Shown here one piece after another: positions 18,421 through 29,151 of a stretch of DNA of 64,000 bases; the first letter of the stretch is position 1; each line of letters begins with the position of its first letter. Position numbers and translations under genes: made by a program. Location: positions 50,706-114,705 of the forward strand of contig CAYHFN010000005.1 of NCBI GenBank assembly GCA_964355925.1. The letters are read 5' to 3'. The DNA comes from an uncultured Chitinophagaceae bacterium. GTDB lineage: Bacteria > Bacteroidota > Ignavibacteria > UBA10030 > UBA8401. The notes below the pieces were generated by a model, which saw nothing but the letters and a program-made list of their open reading frames with translations, was not told the DNA's origin and ran no database searches.

Positions 18421-18969
18421 TTACGGTAACAGAACTGCGGCAGAAATAACTGTCGTCCATTTCCCATCCTTATCACCTTCGGCTGATTGAGTAACATTGA
18501 ATGTTTTCAAGATTTTTCCGCTCAACTTAAAGTGTTTTTCACGTTCATCCCAAGCAATGTTCGGATCAAACTCAATTCCTAAGGTTGTTGCCAACATTGT
18601 CGCTGCTAAATCTTCAGCGTATTCGCCACATTTTTCTTCAGTTTCGCCAAAAGGATGATGTTCTGAGAGATATCCGTATTGGGAATCATCAGCTGCCATT
18701 GCAACTCCAATAGATGATGCTACAAGACGGTTTGGTTCATTGGTAGCATTTCTTGCCATAACGCAGAATGTAACCTGTCCCGGTTCGAGAACTTTTAGTC
18801 CTTCGGCAACGGGAATGCGTTTGCATTTTGGGGGATAAATACTGGAAACTGTGACAAGATTGCATTTTTCAATGCCGGCGTTTCGAAGGGCAAGTTCAAA
18901 TGATTGTAGATAATCTTTATGTCTGCCTACGCCTTTGGTGAAGAACATTTTGGCTGGGACGAATGACAA
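18421..18969 (-). CDS. pdaD: Pyruvoyl-dependent arginine decarboxylase
   Basis: [25 protein letters not shown] with the Ser-Ser autocleavage site; TTG start with AAGGAG SD. Confidence 0.85.
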   Translation of the reverse strand: MSFVPAKMFFTKGVGRHKDYLQSFELALRNAGIEKCNLVTVSSIYPPKCKRIPVAEGLKVLEPGQVTFCVMARNATNEPNRLVASSIGVAMAADDSQYGYLSEHHPFGETEEKCGEYAEDLAATMLATTLGIEFDPNIAWDEREKHFKLSGKILKTFNVTQSAEGDKDGKWTTVISAAVLLP

Positions 18970-19131
18970 CGTTTTATCTCCTTTTGAGATTAGTAAATAA
19001 AAAAATTAAGGTATTTTTGTTTTATAGAAAATTTTCATAGATCATCCGATAGTGAGTGTTGTGATCGTTTGAGTGATGCGAAATATACAGATTGTTACAA
19101 AAAATACAAATAGAAAAATTGTTAAATTAAA

Positions 19132-20349
19132 TTAAGTTGATCCAGGAATCACTTTCAAGAATTTTCTTTTCCCGACCTTAACTATCATCGGATCGTTCAG
19201 TTGAATTTCGGATTTGGTGTCTGTTATCTTCTCATTATTTATTGAAACACCCCCTTGTTCAATCAATCTTCGTGCTTCACCTTTAGAAGGAACAAGTTTC
19301 GTATCAGTGAGAAGTTGAAGGATATTCACCAAACTATCTTTGGTTCCATATATCAATTCTTCGATTTCATCAGGTACATCTTTTTTTACAAAGATCCTGT
19401 CAAATTCTTCTTCGGATGCTTGGGCAGCATCTTTTGAATGATATAAAGTTACAATTTCTCTTGCCAACCGCCGTTTTGTATCACGCGGATTATTTGCAAT
19501 TTCAGTCTTAAGTGCGGGCAATTTGGAATTTGGGATATTGGTGGCCAAAAGAAAAAAATCATACATTAACTTGTCGGGAATAGATAGTGTCTTTCCGAAC
19601 ATTTCTCTTGGTGAGTCACTGATTCCAATATAATTATCCAGCGATTTGCTCATTTTTTCAATGCCGTCCGTTCCGGGAAGAATTGGCATAGTTATTATCA
19701 CCTGTGCTTCTTTCCCGAACTCGCGCTGAATCGAACGGCCAACGAGCAGATTAAATTTTTGATCTGTCCCTCCGAGCTCTACGTCACTTTCAATTGCAAC
19801 GGAATCCATCGCCTGCGCTAGTGGGTACAAAAATTCGTGAAGAGAAATTGGTTCTTCTTTATTGAATCGCGTGTGAAAATCTTCGCGTTCTAACATTTGT
19901 GAAACAGTATATTTACTTGTCAATTTTATCACTTCAGCAAAACTCATTTTCCCAAGCCAGTCGGAATTGTAGATCATTTTTATATTGTTGTCCGATAAGA
20001 CTTTCTTTGCTTGATCAAAATAACTTTCACCGTTCTTTCGTGTCTCTTCGAGCGACAGGGAAGGGCGCGTCTTACTTTTTCCGGAAGGGTCGCCGATCAT
20101 ACCGGTAAAATCTCCGACAATGAGGATTGCCATATGTCCAAGATCTTGAAATTGTCTTAGTTTCCTCAACACAACAGAATGTCCCAAATGAAGGTCGGGA
20201 CGGCTTGGATCGCATCCAAGTTTAATGATTAGTTGTTTATTTGTCTTAATGGATTTTTCTATCTTTCGAACTAGTTCATCTTCGGGAATAATTTCTGAAA
20301 CACCCCGTTTGATGACATCCATTTGTTCGTTGAGTGGTGCAAACTTCAT
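19132..20349 (-). CDS. tyrS: Tyrosine--tRNA ligase
   Basis: HLGH, GGTDQ, KMSKS motifs; C-terminal S4 domain. Confidence 0.97.
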   Translation of the reverse strand: MKFAPLNEQMDVIKRGVSEIIPEDELVRKIEKSIKTNKQLIIKLGCDPSRPDLHLGHSVVLRKLRQFQDLGHMAILIVGDFTGMIGDPSGKSKTRPSLSLEETRKNGESYFDQAKKVLSDNNIKMIYNSDWLGKMSFAEVIKLTSKYTVSQMLEREDFHTRFNKEEPISLHEFLYPLAQAMDSVAIESDVELGGTDQKFNLLVGRSIQREFGKEAQVIITMPILPGTDGIEKMSKSLDNYIGISDSPREMFGKTLSIPDKLMYDFFLLATNIPNSKLPALKTEIANNPRDTKRRLAREIVTLYHSKDAAQASEEEFDRIFVKKDVPDEIEELIYGTKDSLVNILQLLTDTKLVPSKGEARRLIEQGGVSINNEKITDTKSEIQLNDPMIVKVGKRKFLKVIPGST

Positions 20350-20379
20350 TGTAATCCAATTGTGTATAATGAAAAAATA

Positions 20380-20838
20380 TTAAACGTGTTTTGCTCTTTG
20401 CATTTCTCGTGTTACGTCCCGTTCTTTAATCGATTCTCGCTTATCGTGTAGTTTTTTCCCTTTGCCAATTCCCAGTTCAACTTTTGCAATTCCTTTTGTG
20501 AAATATAATTTCAGCGGAATAAGCGTTAACCCTTTTTCATTGGTTTTGATCTGTAATTTTGCAATTTCACTTTTGTTCAGGAGTAATTTTCGCGTACGAA
20601 GCGGGTCATGATTGAACTGATTTGCCTGTTCATATGGATTGATGTGCATATTCAACAGCCATACTTCGGCATTTTTCACTAATGCGTAGCTATCCTGCAG
20701 ATTTGCCTTTCCTTGTCGCAATGACTTTACTTCAGAACCAACAAGGACGATTCCTGCTTCGAATGTATCAAGTATTTCATACTCGAAACGAGCCTTGCGG
20801 TTAGAGATTGCTATGCGTTCTTCACTCTTGGTTTCCAT
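20380..20838 (-). CDS. smpB: SsrA-binding protein
   Basis: [29 protein letters not shown] motifs. Confidence 0.97.
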   Translation of the reverse strand: METKSEERIAISNRKARFEYEILDTFEAGIVLVGSEVKSLRQGKANLQDSYALVKNAEVWLLNMHINPYEQANQFNHDPLRTRKLLLNKSEIAKLQIKTNEKGLTLIPLKLYFTKGIAKVELGIGKGKKLHDKRESIKERDVTREMQRAKHV

Positions 20839-20997
20839 TTTCGTAAAAGGAAATTAACGAAAACATACACTATTTACAATAGAATCTAATTAGAAATCAA
20901 TCTTGGAAAAACAATCATTGTGCGTTATCTTGATGTACAATCGACAGCAAAAAAAACGAGATCGATTACTTTAAATTTAAAATGTAACTAATCATCA

Positions 20998-22539
20998 ATG
21001 ACCCACACTGAATCCATTCTTATTCTCGACTTTGGTTCACAATTCACACAACTGATCGCACGACGAGTTCGCGAGTTGAATGTCTATTGTGAAATTCATC
21101 CGTTCAACATTTCATATGAAAAAATTGAATCATTCAATGCGAAAGGAATTATTCTTTCCGGCGGTCCTTCGAGTGTGTATGCAAGTGATGCTCCAATTCC
21201 CGATAAAAGAATTTATGAACTCGGTGTGCCGATCCTTGGGATATGTTACGGGCTTCAACTGATTGCATTTCAAAATGGCGGGGTAGTGAATAAAGCGCCA
21301 CGCCGAGAATTTGGCCGGGCACAATTGCTGATAGATAACTCTGAAGATATTTTTAAAGGTCTTTCATCTTCAACAGAAGTGTGGATGAGCCACGGAGATG
21401 AAGCGACAAAAATTCCTTTGGGGTTTGAGAAGATCGCTCATTCAGAGAATGCAGGAATTTGTGCAATTAGAAATGCTGAGAAAAAGATCTTTGGAATACA
21501 ATTCCATCCTGAGGTTGTGCATTCCAAAGATGGGAAAGCAGTGATAAACAATTTCATCAAAGGAATCTGTGGATGTACGGGAAATTGGAATGCGGATTCA
21601 TTTATTGAGAGTGCAATCGCCGATATTCGAGCGGTGGTCGGAACTAAAAAAGTATTGTGTGCTTTAAGCGGCGGAGTCGATTCATCGGTTGCTGCCGTAT
21701 TGCTTCATAAAGCTATCGGAGAACAATTATTTTGTATCCATATCGATAACGGATTGATGCGTCACGGTGAGAGTGAGCAAGTGATCAAAACATTTCGTGA
21801 TGAATACCATATTGCACTGGATTTTGTTGATGGAACGGAATTGTTTCTTGAGCGGTTAAAAGGAGTTTCCGAACCTGAACTGAAACGAAAGATCATTGGG
21901 AAAGCATTTATTGATATTTTTGAACAGGAAGCAAAAAAAGTTTCCGGAGCAGAATTTCTTGCGCAAGGAACATTATATCCAGATGTAATAGAATCCGTTT
22001 CTTTCAAAGGTCCTTCGCAAACGATCAAATCACATCACAATGTTGGCGGACTTCCTGAAAAAATGAATTTAAAACTCATTGAACCATTCCGTGAATTATT
22101 TAAAGATGAAGTGCGAGCGGTAGGTAGGAAATTGGGATTATCGGATTACCTTATTGAACGCCATCCGTTTCCGGGACCAGGACTTGCTATCCGCTTGTTG
22201 GGTGACATTACGCAGAAGCGCTTGGAAATTCTGAAAGATGCAGATGAAATTTTCATAAGTGAATTACGAAAACAAAATCTCTATAATTCAGTATGGCAGG
22301 CATTTGTTGTGCTGCTCCCTGTACAATCGGTTGGCGTAATGGGAGACGAGCGGACATATGAAAACGTGGCTGCTGTTCGTGCAGTGACAAGTGTTGATGG
22401 AATGACTGCAGATTGGGCTCATTTGCCGTATGAATTTCTCGCACATGTATCGAATAGAATTATCAACGAAGTTCGTGGAATCAATCGTGTGGTATATGAT
22501 ATCAGCTCAAAGCCGCCTGCAACAATAGAATGGGAGTAA
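20998..22539 (+). CDS. guaA: GMP synthase (glutamine-hydrolysing)
   Basis: [42 protein letters not shown] motifs. Confidence 0.97.
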   Translation: MTHTESILILDFGSQFTQLIARRVRELNVYCEIHPFNISYEKIESFNAKGIILSGGPSSVYASDAPIPDKRIYELGVPILGICYGLQLIAFQNGGVVNKAPRREFGRAQLLIDNSEDIFKGLSSSTEVWMSHGDEATKIPLGFEKIAHSENAGICAIRNAEKKIFGIQFHPEVVHSKDGKAVINNFIKGICGCTGNWNADSFIESAIADIRAVVGTKKVLCALSGGVDSSVAAVLLHKAIGEQLFCIHIDNGLMRHGESEQVIKTFRDEYHIALDFVDGTELFLERLKGVSEPELKRKIIGKAFIDIFEQEAKKVSGAEFLAQGTLYPDVIESVSFKGPSQTIKSHHNVGGLPEKMNLKLIEPFRELFKDEVRAVGRKLGLSDYLIERHPFPGPGLAIRLLGDITQKRLEILKDADEIFISELRKQNLYNSVWQAFVVLLPVQSVGVMGDERTYENVAAVRAVTSVDGMTADWAHLPYEFLAHVSNRIINEVRGINRVVYDISSKPPATIEWE

Positions 22540-22548
22540 TTCTTTCGT

Positions 22549-23280
22549 ATGATTGAACTTAAAAATCTTAAAAAAACATTCGGATCGTTCGTGGCGGTCG
22601 ATGATGTTTCACTATCAATTCCGTCGGGAGAATTCTTTGGTTTTCTTGGTCCAAACGGTGCCGGAAAAACCACAACGATCAAAATGATGACGGGATTATT
22701 CACGCCAACATCCGGACAGATTGTGATCAACGGATTTGATGTAGTGAAGCAGCCATTAGAAGCAAAATCTACATTCGGATATATCCCTGATCATCCATAT
22801 TTATATGATAGACTTACCGGACGTGAATTTATTTACTATATGGGTGGTCTGTATAAAATGGAAAAAAATGATCTAAAAGAAAATGTCGAACGAGTGATCG
22901 ATCTTTTGGAACTTGCGAGTTGGATTGATAAAAAGACAGAAGATTATTCTCAGGGAATGAGGCAGCGCGTAACTTTTGCATCGGCATTTGTTCATAAACC
23001 CAAGACTATTATCATCGATGAGCCGATGGTCGGTCTTGATCCTCGAAGTGCGCGTATTGTAAAAGATTCCTTAAAACAGCAAGCCAACGACGGGGCTTCG
23101 ATCTTTATGTCGACACATATTTTAGAAATGGCGGAAGAATTATGCGATCGGATCGGCATCATCAATAAAAGTAAAATAATATTTCTTGATACCAGAGAGA
23201 ATCTCCATCTCCATAAGATAAAATATGATGGGAATCTTGAATCCGTATTTCTTGAATTGACGAAAGAAGAGAAGGATTAG
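22549..23280 (+). CDS. ABC transporter ATP-binding protein (EcsA-like)
   Basis: GPNGAGKT Walker A, YSQGM signature, IIDEP Walker B. Confidence 0.92.
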   Translation: MIELKNLKKTFGSFVAVDDVSLSIPSGEFFGFLGPNGAGKTTTIKMMTGLFTPTSGQIVINGFDVVKQPLEAKSTFGYIPDHPYLYDRLTGREFIYYMGGLYKMEKNDLKENVERVIDLLELASWIDKKTEDYSQGMRQRVTFASAFVHKPKTIIIDEPMVGLDPRSARIVKDSLKQQANDGASIFMSTHILEMAEELCDRIGIINKSKIIFLDTRENLHLHKIKYDGNLESVFLELTKEEKD

Positions 23281-25028
23281 TGAGTACATTCTTTCATATA
23301 CTTTGGTTCAAGAACCTGATGTTCTGGAAGGTCTCTTCTAAAAAAGATTTTGGAACAGTGATCCGTAATCTCGGATCGTTCATTGTCTTTGGATCGTTTG
23401 CCGTGGGGGCATTTTACTTCTCTAACTTTGTTACTGCATATTTGTTGGAAAATGTGAAGATAGGTTTGTTTCTCTTTCATCGATTTATTGGGATGCTGTT
23501 ATTTGTTTTCTTTATCACGATCAATCTTGGAAATATGGTTGTGTCGTTCTCGACTTTGTATCGGTCTCCAGAAATGAATTTTTTGCTTACATCGCCGGTT
23601 TCATATCTCAACATCTTTGTCATTAAATTTCTCGACAATTTCTTTTACAGTTCCGGTACACTCTTTATGGTCGGATTTTCTGTTTTGTTAGGGTATGGAT
23701 TTTATTTTCACCTGCCTTGGCATTTTTATCTGTTTATGTTGTTTGGCGTGTTGGTTCCATTTATGTTTCTGGCTGCGTGTGTTGCTGTTATAGTTCTGTT
23801 ATTGGTAATGAAACTTGCTTCAAAGATCAATTTCCGTCTGCTTGCGGGGGGAATTGTCATTTTGTACATGAGTCAAATATATTTTTATTTTAAAGTATCC
23901 AGTCCTGTGCATCTTGTTCAGGAGGTAATGAAATATTATCCGAATGTAGATCTTTATTTTGGAATGCTCGATCCACTTGCAATAAAAGTATTGCCAAATT
24001 TTTGGGTTTCAGAGATCATGTATTTTTATGTTACAAAGAATATTATATCTGTCATTCAATATACTTCATTACTTATTCTTTCAACTGCCGGATTATTTGT
24101 TATTGCTCTTGCTGTTGCAAACGGATTTTTTTATTCAACGTGGATCACTTCATTGTCTATTAAGTCTCTTACCGTGCGGTCACTTGAACTAAAGAATACA
24201 TTTTTTAGTTTCGGTAAACGTTCTTTTTTTTCTCCGCAAACGGAAGTATTGCTTAAGAAAGAACTGTGGCAATTCTTACGTGAACCGAGTCAATGGATCC
24301 ATTTTTTGGTGATGATGGCGTTGTTGATCGTGTTCTTAGCGAGCGTCAGTAGTTTAAGTATAAAACTAGAATCACCGGAGTTGAAGGGAGTTGTCTATTT
24401 GATAGTGTTTATATTCAATATCTTTTTGATCAATTCAATTGCATTGCGTTTTGGTTTTCCTATGATCAGTCTTGAAGGAAATGCATATTGGTCTATACGA
24501 AGTGCTCCAATTTCTGCTACAACAATGTACTGGATAAAATTTTCTATTATAATGACCTTCCTTACAGTATTAAGTATTGTCATTGCGTGGTTGTCAAATA
24601 TTCCTTATCTCTACGCACAAAAGGTAATCAATCAATATCCGATGCCACCATCAATTGTTGAACCACATACCTCTATAAAAATACTAGCATATTATTCTAT
24701 TATTGTCACTCCAATCATTACGGCAACGTTGGTAAGTATCAATGTCGGTTTAGGTTCGGTCTATTCTAATTTTATAGAAAAGAATCCAATTCGTATTGCT
24801 TCTTCGCAGGGAGCAACAATGACATTTCTGTTGAGTGTAGTTTATTTGGTAATTATTTTGGCGGTATTTTATTTGCCGACAACAATGATGTTCGTGTCAG
24901 CGTCCAAGAACTCTTCGGTCAACTGGAATATGTTGAAGATCGTTTTTCTGATTATCACTGTTCCTTCGTTATTTATTATTGGAATTTCTCATTTACTCGG
25001 TATTCGTTCATTACGAAGAGATTACTAA
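23280..25028 (+). CDS. ABC exporter permease (EcsB-like)
   Basis: Multi-TM protein translationally coupled to the ATPase; SLEGNAYW motif. Confidence 0.7.
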   Translation: MSTFFHILWFKNLMFWKVSSKKDFGTVIRNLGSFIVFGSFAVGAFYFSNFVTAYLLENVKIGLFLFHRFIGMLLFVFFITINLGNMVVSFSTLYRSPEMNFLLTSPVSYLNIFVIKFLDNFFYSSGTLFMVGFSVLLGYGFYFHLPWHFYLFMLFGVLVPFMFLAACVAVIVLLLVMKLASKINFRLLAGGIVILYMSQIYFYFKVSSPVHLVQEVMKYYPNVDLYFGMLDPLAIKVLPNFWVSEIMYFYVTKNIISVIQYTSLLILSTAGLFVIALAVANGFFYSTWITSLSIKSLTVRSLELKNTFFSFGKRSFFSPQTEVLLKKELWQFLREPSQWIHFLVMMALLIVFLASVSSLSIKLESPELKGVVYLIVFIFNIFLINSIALRFGFPMISLEGNAYWSIRSAPISATTMYWIKFSIIMTFLTVLSIVIAWLSNIPYLYAQKVINQYPMPPSIVEPHTSIKILAYYSIIVTPIITATLVSINVGLGSVYSNFIEKNPIRIASSQGATMTFLLSVVYLVIILAVFYLPTTMMFVSASKNSSVNWNMLKIVFLIITVPSLFIIGISHLLGIRSLRRDY

Positions 25029-27001
25029 TGAAACACTTTATCATATTTATTTGCTTCTTCACTTCATTGCTTTTCACGCAAGAGGTTGAAGTATACTATC
25101 ATCGACCCGCAGAAGATAATTTTTTACTTGGCATGCGTCAGTATGCTCAAAAGGATTTCAAAGCCGCACTCCAGTCTTTCGAACAATCAAAATTAAGTTT
25201 TCCGCTAAATCATCGCATTACTGCAGCAATGATTATGGAAGCAAAGACATTGTACGCATTAAAAGAGTTTGAGTCAGCAACCACTGTATGTGATTCTCTT
25301 GCAACACAGTTTCCTTCTTCGCTTTATATGGAAGATGTATTATTTACTCGTGGAATGTGTTATTATAATCAAACTCTCTATGAGAAGACGTATCGAGAAA
25401 TGGAAAATGTTGTTCGTGTTGCTCAACAGCGGCTCAATAAAGAACATTCTATTAAAGTGATAGAGCATCTTGCTGCTGAATTCTTCACGGTTAGTGAGAT
25501 CGATTCGTTGATCAGTTCATCGACGAATGATGACATTAAGAATGTATTGACGGTAGTTCAATCCGAGCGATTATTTCTAGGAGGAAATATTGAAGCTGCT
25601 AAACAGCGGATCGCTACATTCAATCTGAACAGCGCAGAGCAAAATTTGATATTTCGAATCAATCGGTTAAAATCGCGTATTGAAAAAGGAAATGCTGTTC
25701 GCATTGGAGTGCTTCTTCCGTTGATGAGTTCGTTACCAGGCGAAACACGCGAAAAAAAAATTGCTGTGGAAATCCTGGAAGGTGTTCAACTTGCCGTTAG
25801 TGATTATGAAGAACGTACTGTACCCGGGCAAGTGACGGTTGAATTGGAAATTAAAGACTCAGAAAAAGATTCCGCGAAGATACTTTCAATTATTTCGGAA
25901 TGGTCCGCAAATAATAATATTATTGGGATTATCGGTCCAGTATTTAGTACTGAGACAGTCCATGCGGCAAAAACTGCACAAACTCATTCAATTCCTATAA
26001 TCTCCCCAACTGCAACCGATGAAGGAATTTCTTCTATTGGCGGATTTGTTTTTCAAGCAAATTCTACCAATGGCTCTCGCGGAAAAGCTCTTGCACAATA
26101 TGCTTTAAATATTTTAGGTGCCAAAAATATTGCGATACTAGGTTCATCACAGTTTCTTACTTCATTACAAGCAGATTCATTTATCATTGAAGCAAAACGA
26201 CTTGGTGCCCGCATTGTTATTGACAGACGATATAAAAAAGGGGAATCTGACTTGCGGACCTATGTGAGGGCAATTCGAGATGCCGCTGCAAATTTAAATC
26301 CAAGTTATATCGTAACGCTGCGAGGAAAATTAGATGTAATAGAAATTACCCGCCGATTGGTTTCGCTTGGTGTTCGTTTTTCCTTGATCGATTCCATTGT
26401 AGCAAAAGGAGCATCCTTAAATCTTACACCGCTCTTTGGAGACAGTGCTCGAAACATTGCCGATCAACTAAAACTTCCTTACAAAAGAGTGATACCGTAT
26501 CTGGACAGTTTACAATATCCGGTTTCGTCCATTGATGTGATCTTCTGTCCAATTTCAAACAGTCATGAAATCGGTGTATTATCATCTCAATTAGCATTCT
26601 ATAATATCAACGCAACCATTCTAGGATCAGGTGAATGGTATGATGCCAATGAACTAGATCTTAACAAACGATATACTGATGGCGTTATTTTTGGAAGTGA
26701 TCGATGGGTTGAACGGAATGATCAGACAAACAGGATATTGTCGAAATATGCTCAACGGTTTGGGAGAACAATTTCAGAGAATGTGATGTTCGGATATGAT
26801 GTGATGACATTGATCATTCACCAATTTAAAGATGGTGCGTTAACGCGCGATCAACTTGCGGATGCGTTGAAAAAAGTTAATGAGTTTACCGGTATACGAA
26901 ACACCATTTCGTTGACAAAAGATCGTGTTAATAGTTCTATACATATTTTGGAATATAAGCACGGAGCGGTTTCGAAGCTTCAAACGTTTTCATATCAATA
27001 A
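25028..27001 (+). CDS. TPR plus periplasmic-binding-fold protein (LpoA-like / ABC substrate-binding)
   Basis: Signal peptide, N-terminal TPRs, RIGVLLP and IIGIIGPVFS type-I PBP motifs. Confidence 0.65.
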   Translation: MKHFIIFICFFTSLLFTQEVEVYYHRPAEDNFLLGMRQYAQKDFKAALQSFEQSKLSFPLNHRITAAMIMEAKTLYALKEFESATTVCDSLATQFPSSLYMEDVLFTRGMCYYNQTLYEKTYREMENVVRVAQQRLNKEHSIKVIEHLAAEFFTVSEIDSLISSSTNDDIKNVLTVVQSERLFLGGNIEAAKQRIATFNLNSAEQNLIFRINRLKSRIEKGNAVRIGVLLPLMSSLPGETREKKIAVEILEGVQLAVSDYEERTVPGQVTVELEIKDSEKDSAKILSIISEWSANNNIIGIIGPVFSTETVHAAKTAQTHSIPIISPTATDEGISSIGGFVFQANSTNGSRGKALAQYALNILGAKNIAILGSSQFLTSLQADSFIIEAKRLGARIVIDRRYKKGESDLRTYVRAIRDAAANLNPSYIVTLRGKLDVIEITRRLVSLGVRFSLIDSIVAKGASLNLTPLFGDSARNIADQLKLPYKRVIPYLDSLQYPVSSIDVIFCPISNSHEIGVLSSQLAFYNINATILGSGEWYDANELDLNKRYTDGVIFGSDRWVERNDQTNRILSKYAQRFGRTISENVMFGYDVMTLIIHQFKDGALTRDQLADALKKVNEFTGIRNTISLTKDRVNSSIHILEYKHGAVSKLQTFSYQ

Positions 27002-27097
27002 GATATGAGACTCCCAAAATTGTTTTTGATAATTTATTAAGTATACTGTCTGTTTAGATCGAACGATATACTTCAAAAATCATTAACGCATACCACA

Positions 27098-27826
27098 ATG
27101 GATAAACCGAATCGCAATGAATCCTCGGAACCTTTGGTGCGGTATTCAACGATCAAAGAGTGGCCCGAAGATGAACGTCCGCGTGAAAAATTGATACGGC
27201 ACGGTGCCGCATCGCTCTCTGATTCTGAACTTCTCGCAATCCTCATTAACATTGGAACGAAAAAATTCTCCGCGGTTGATGTTGCAAAAAAACTTCTTCG
27301 GGAAAATAAATCGCTCCGAAACATCGCATCTCTTTCCGTTGCTGATCTTCGCCAAAAAAAGAACAAGGGAATTGGAACTGCGAAAGCTGTAACAATTGTT
27401 GCAGCTTTTGAACTTGCGCGAAGAATATCCATATCAGGATCCGAGAATGATACACCGATCCGTTCTCCGGAAGATATTTTCCATCGTTTTGGTCCGCAGT
27501 TACGCGATTTAAAACAAGAAGTATTTATGGTGCTTTGTTTAAGCACTTCCAACAAGATCATTAACGAACGGATCATTACGAAAGGATTATTAAATTCTTC
27601 GCTGACTCATCCGCGGGAGGTTTTTAGAGAAGCAATTTTAGAAAATGCTGCAAGTGTGATATTGCTTCATAATCATCCCAGCGGGAATCTTGAACCTAGC
27701 AGGGAAGATATTTCAATTACAAAACAGATCAGTGAAGCGGGAAAGATCATTGGCATTTCTGTTCATGATCATATTATTATTGCGGGAGATGGATTTACGA
27801 GTTTGATGGAGAAGGGATTGATGTAG
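27098..27826 (+). CDS. radC: RadC/JAB-domain protein
   Basis: WPEDERPREKL, HhH, HPREVF, HNHPSG...D JAMM motif. Confidence 0.93.
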   Translation: MDKPNRNESSEPLVRYSTIKEWPEDERPREKLIRHGAASLSDSELLAILINIGTKKFSAVDVAKKLLRENKSLRNIASLSVADLRQKKNKGIGTAKAVTIVAAFELARRISISGSENDTPIRSPEDIFHRFGPQLRDLKQEVFMVLCLSTSNKIINERIITKGLLNSSLTHPREVFREAILENAASVILLHNHPSGNLEPSREDISITKQISEAGKIIGISVHDHIIIAGDGFTSLMEKGLM

Positions 27827-28012
27827 TTGTTCGGCAGTAGTGAAGATTTGACTGTTATTATTTCATCGTTGGGAACAAAATATAAGCGAAGTACCAATTC
27901 ATAAGGTAATTTGAGAGACTAAGTTCCATTTTATTTAACACTCAAACACCTTTCCGACTTAGTCGTTCAAGCGGGGAGTTTGGGTCTGAAATTAAAAATA
28001 AAGGAGGGCAAT

Positions 28013-28558
28013 ATGAAAACGTTAACAAACATAGTTATTATTAGCATGACTTTGTTCTTTGTGGGTTGTCCAGCTCGTTCATTTTATCCATTTTTTACAG
28101 AAAAGAATCTTATGTTCAATCCGGGCTTAGTTGGCGCATGGATGGACCAAAATAAGAAAGAAACGTATTTCTTCCAGAAAGCAGAAGGGAAGAATTATTA
28201 TATCATTGTTTGTGAAGAAAAAGGAGATACATCATATTTTCAAGCGCAGTTAGGTCAGATTGGTAAAGTATGGTTCTTAGATTCTTATCCGAGTGAAGAG
28301 TCAGAAAATTTTCAATTAGTTCCAACACACATCATTTCCAAAATGTGGTTCAATGGAGATACGCTGACATTTGCATCGTTAGAAAGTGACTATGTTCAGA
28401 AGCTTATCGAATCAAAAAAAATAAAGATCCCTTATACAACTCAAAAAGGAGATATTATTCTGACAGCATCTACCGAAGAACTTCAGCAATTAGTCCTGCA
28501 GCTTGCGCAGGACGATAAGGCATTTCCAAATCCAACAAAATTGGTTCGTGTGAAATGA
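28013..28558 (+). CDS. Hypothetical lipoprotein
   Basis: AAGGAGG SD, lipobox FFVGC. Confidence 0.7.
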   Translation: MKTLTNIVIISMTLFFVGCPARSFYPFFTEKNLMFNPGLVGAWMDQNKKETYFFQKAEGKNYYIIVCEEKGDTSYFQAQLGQIGKVWFLDSYPSEESENFQLVPTHIISKMWFNGDTLTFASLESDYVQKLIESKKIKIPYTTQKGDIILTASTEELQQLVLQLAQDDKAFPNPTKLVRVK

Positions 28559-28625
28559 TTCGGAGTATTGTATCTTATAAATATGGATCAACAGAAAAAT
28601 CGCCTAAAAAATTATCTTAATAAAA

Positions 28626-29030
28626 ATGATCAAAAAAATAAATCATATCGGTATTGCGGTCAAAAGTCTCGGATTATCATCCGATGTATTTTCCAAATTA
28701 TTTGAACAAACCAAACCGCATACGGAAGCCGTTCCCGAACAAAAAGCGACGATTGCATTCTATCCGGTTGGTGAAAGTTCTGTTGAATTGATCGAATCAA
28801 CATCAAGTGATTCGTCAATTTCTAAATTCATCGAAAAGCGCGGTGAAGGAATTCACCACATTTGCTTGGAAGTTGATGATATCAAATCTGAGATTGTTCG
28901 ATTGAAGAATCATCAGTTCCAATTTGTGAATGATTTTCCCACTGCCGGCGGCGATGGTTATTGGGTAGTATTCCTTCATCCAAAATCAACGAATGGTGTA
29001 TTGATTGAGTTGTGTGAAAAGATGAAATAG
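28626..29030 (+). CDS. mce: Methylmalonyl-CoA epimerase
   Basis: NHIGIAV, RGEGIHHI, FLHPKSTNGVLIEL motifs. Confidence 0.92.
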   Translation: MIKKINHIGIAVKSLGLSSDVFSKLFEQTKPHTEAVPEQKATIAFYPVGESSVELIESTSSDSSISKFIEKRGEGIHHICLEVDDIKSEIVRLKNHQFQFVNDFPTAGGDGYWVVFLHPKSTNGVLIELCEKMK

Positions 29031-29056
29031 TTATATTCACTAAACGTAAAAAATTA

Positions 29057-29120
29057 TCTCGCAAAGTCGCAAAGCTCTCAAAGAAGAAAAACTTGGCGGT
29101 CTTAGCGTCTTTGCATGAGA
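29057..29120. repeat. Mirrored short-repeat palindromic (REP-like) element
   Basis: Three GCAAAG-type units facing three CTTTGC-type units with mirror spacing. Confidence 0.65.
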
Positions 29121-29151
29121 CAGAAAACTAGTTTAGATATTCCCAAATTTA

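Noticed and set aside
20839-20997. tmRNA next to smpB, or a purine riboswitch before guaA
   Set aside because: No tRNA-like ends or aptamer core; only promoter-like sequence
27002-27979. radC as a mobile-element marker, or a LexA box upstream
   Set aside because: Full-length chromosomal-type RadC in housekeeping context; no integrase, att site or convincing SOS palindrome
29057-29120. CRISPR array interpretation of the short repeats (also 62969-63403)
   Set aside because: Units are 7-9 nt with no spacers, and there are no cas genes
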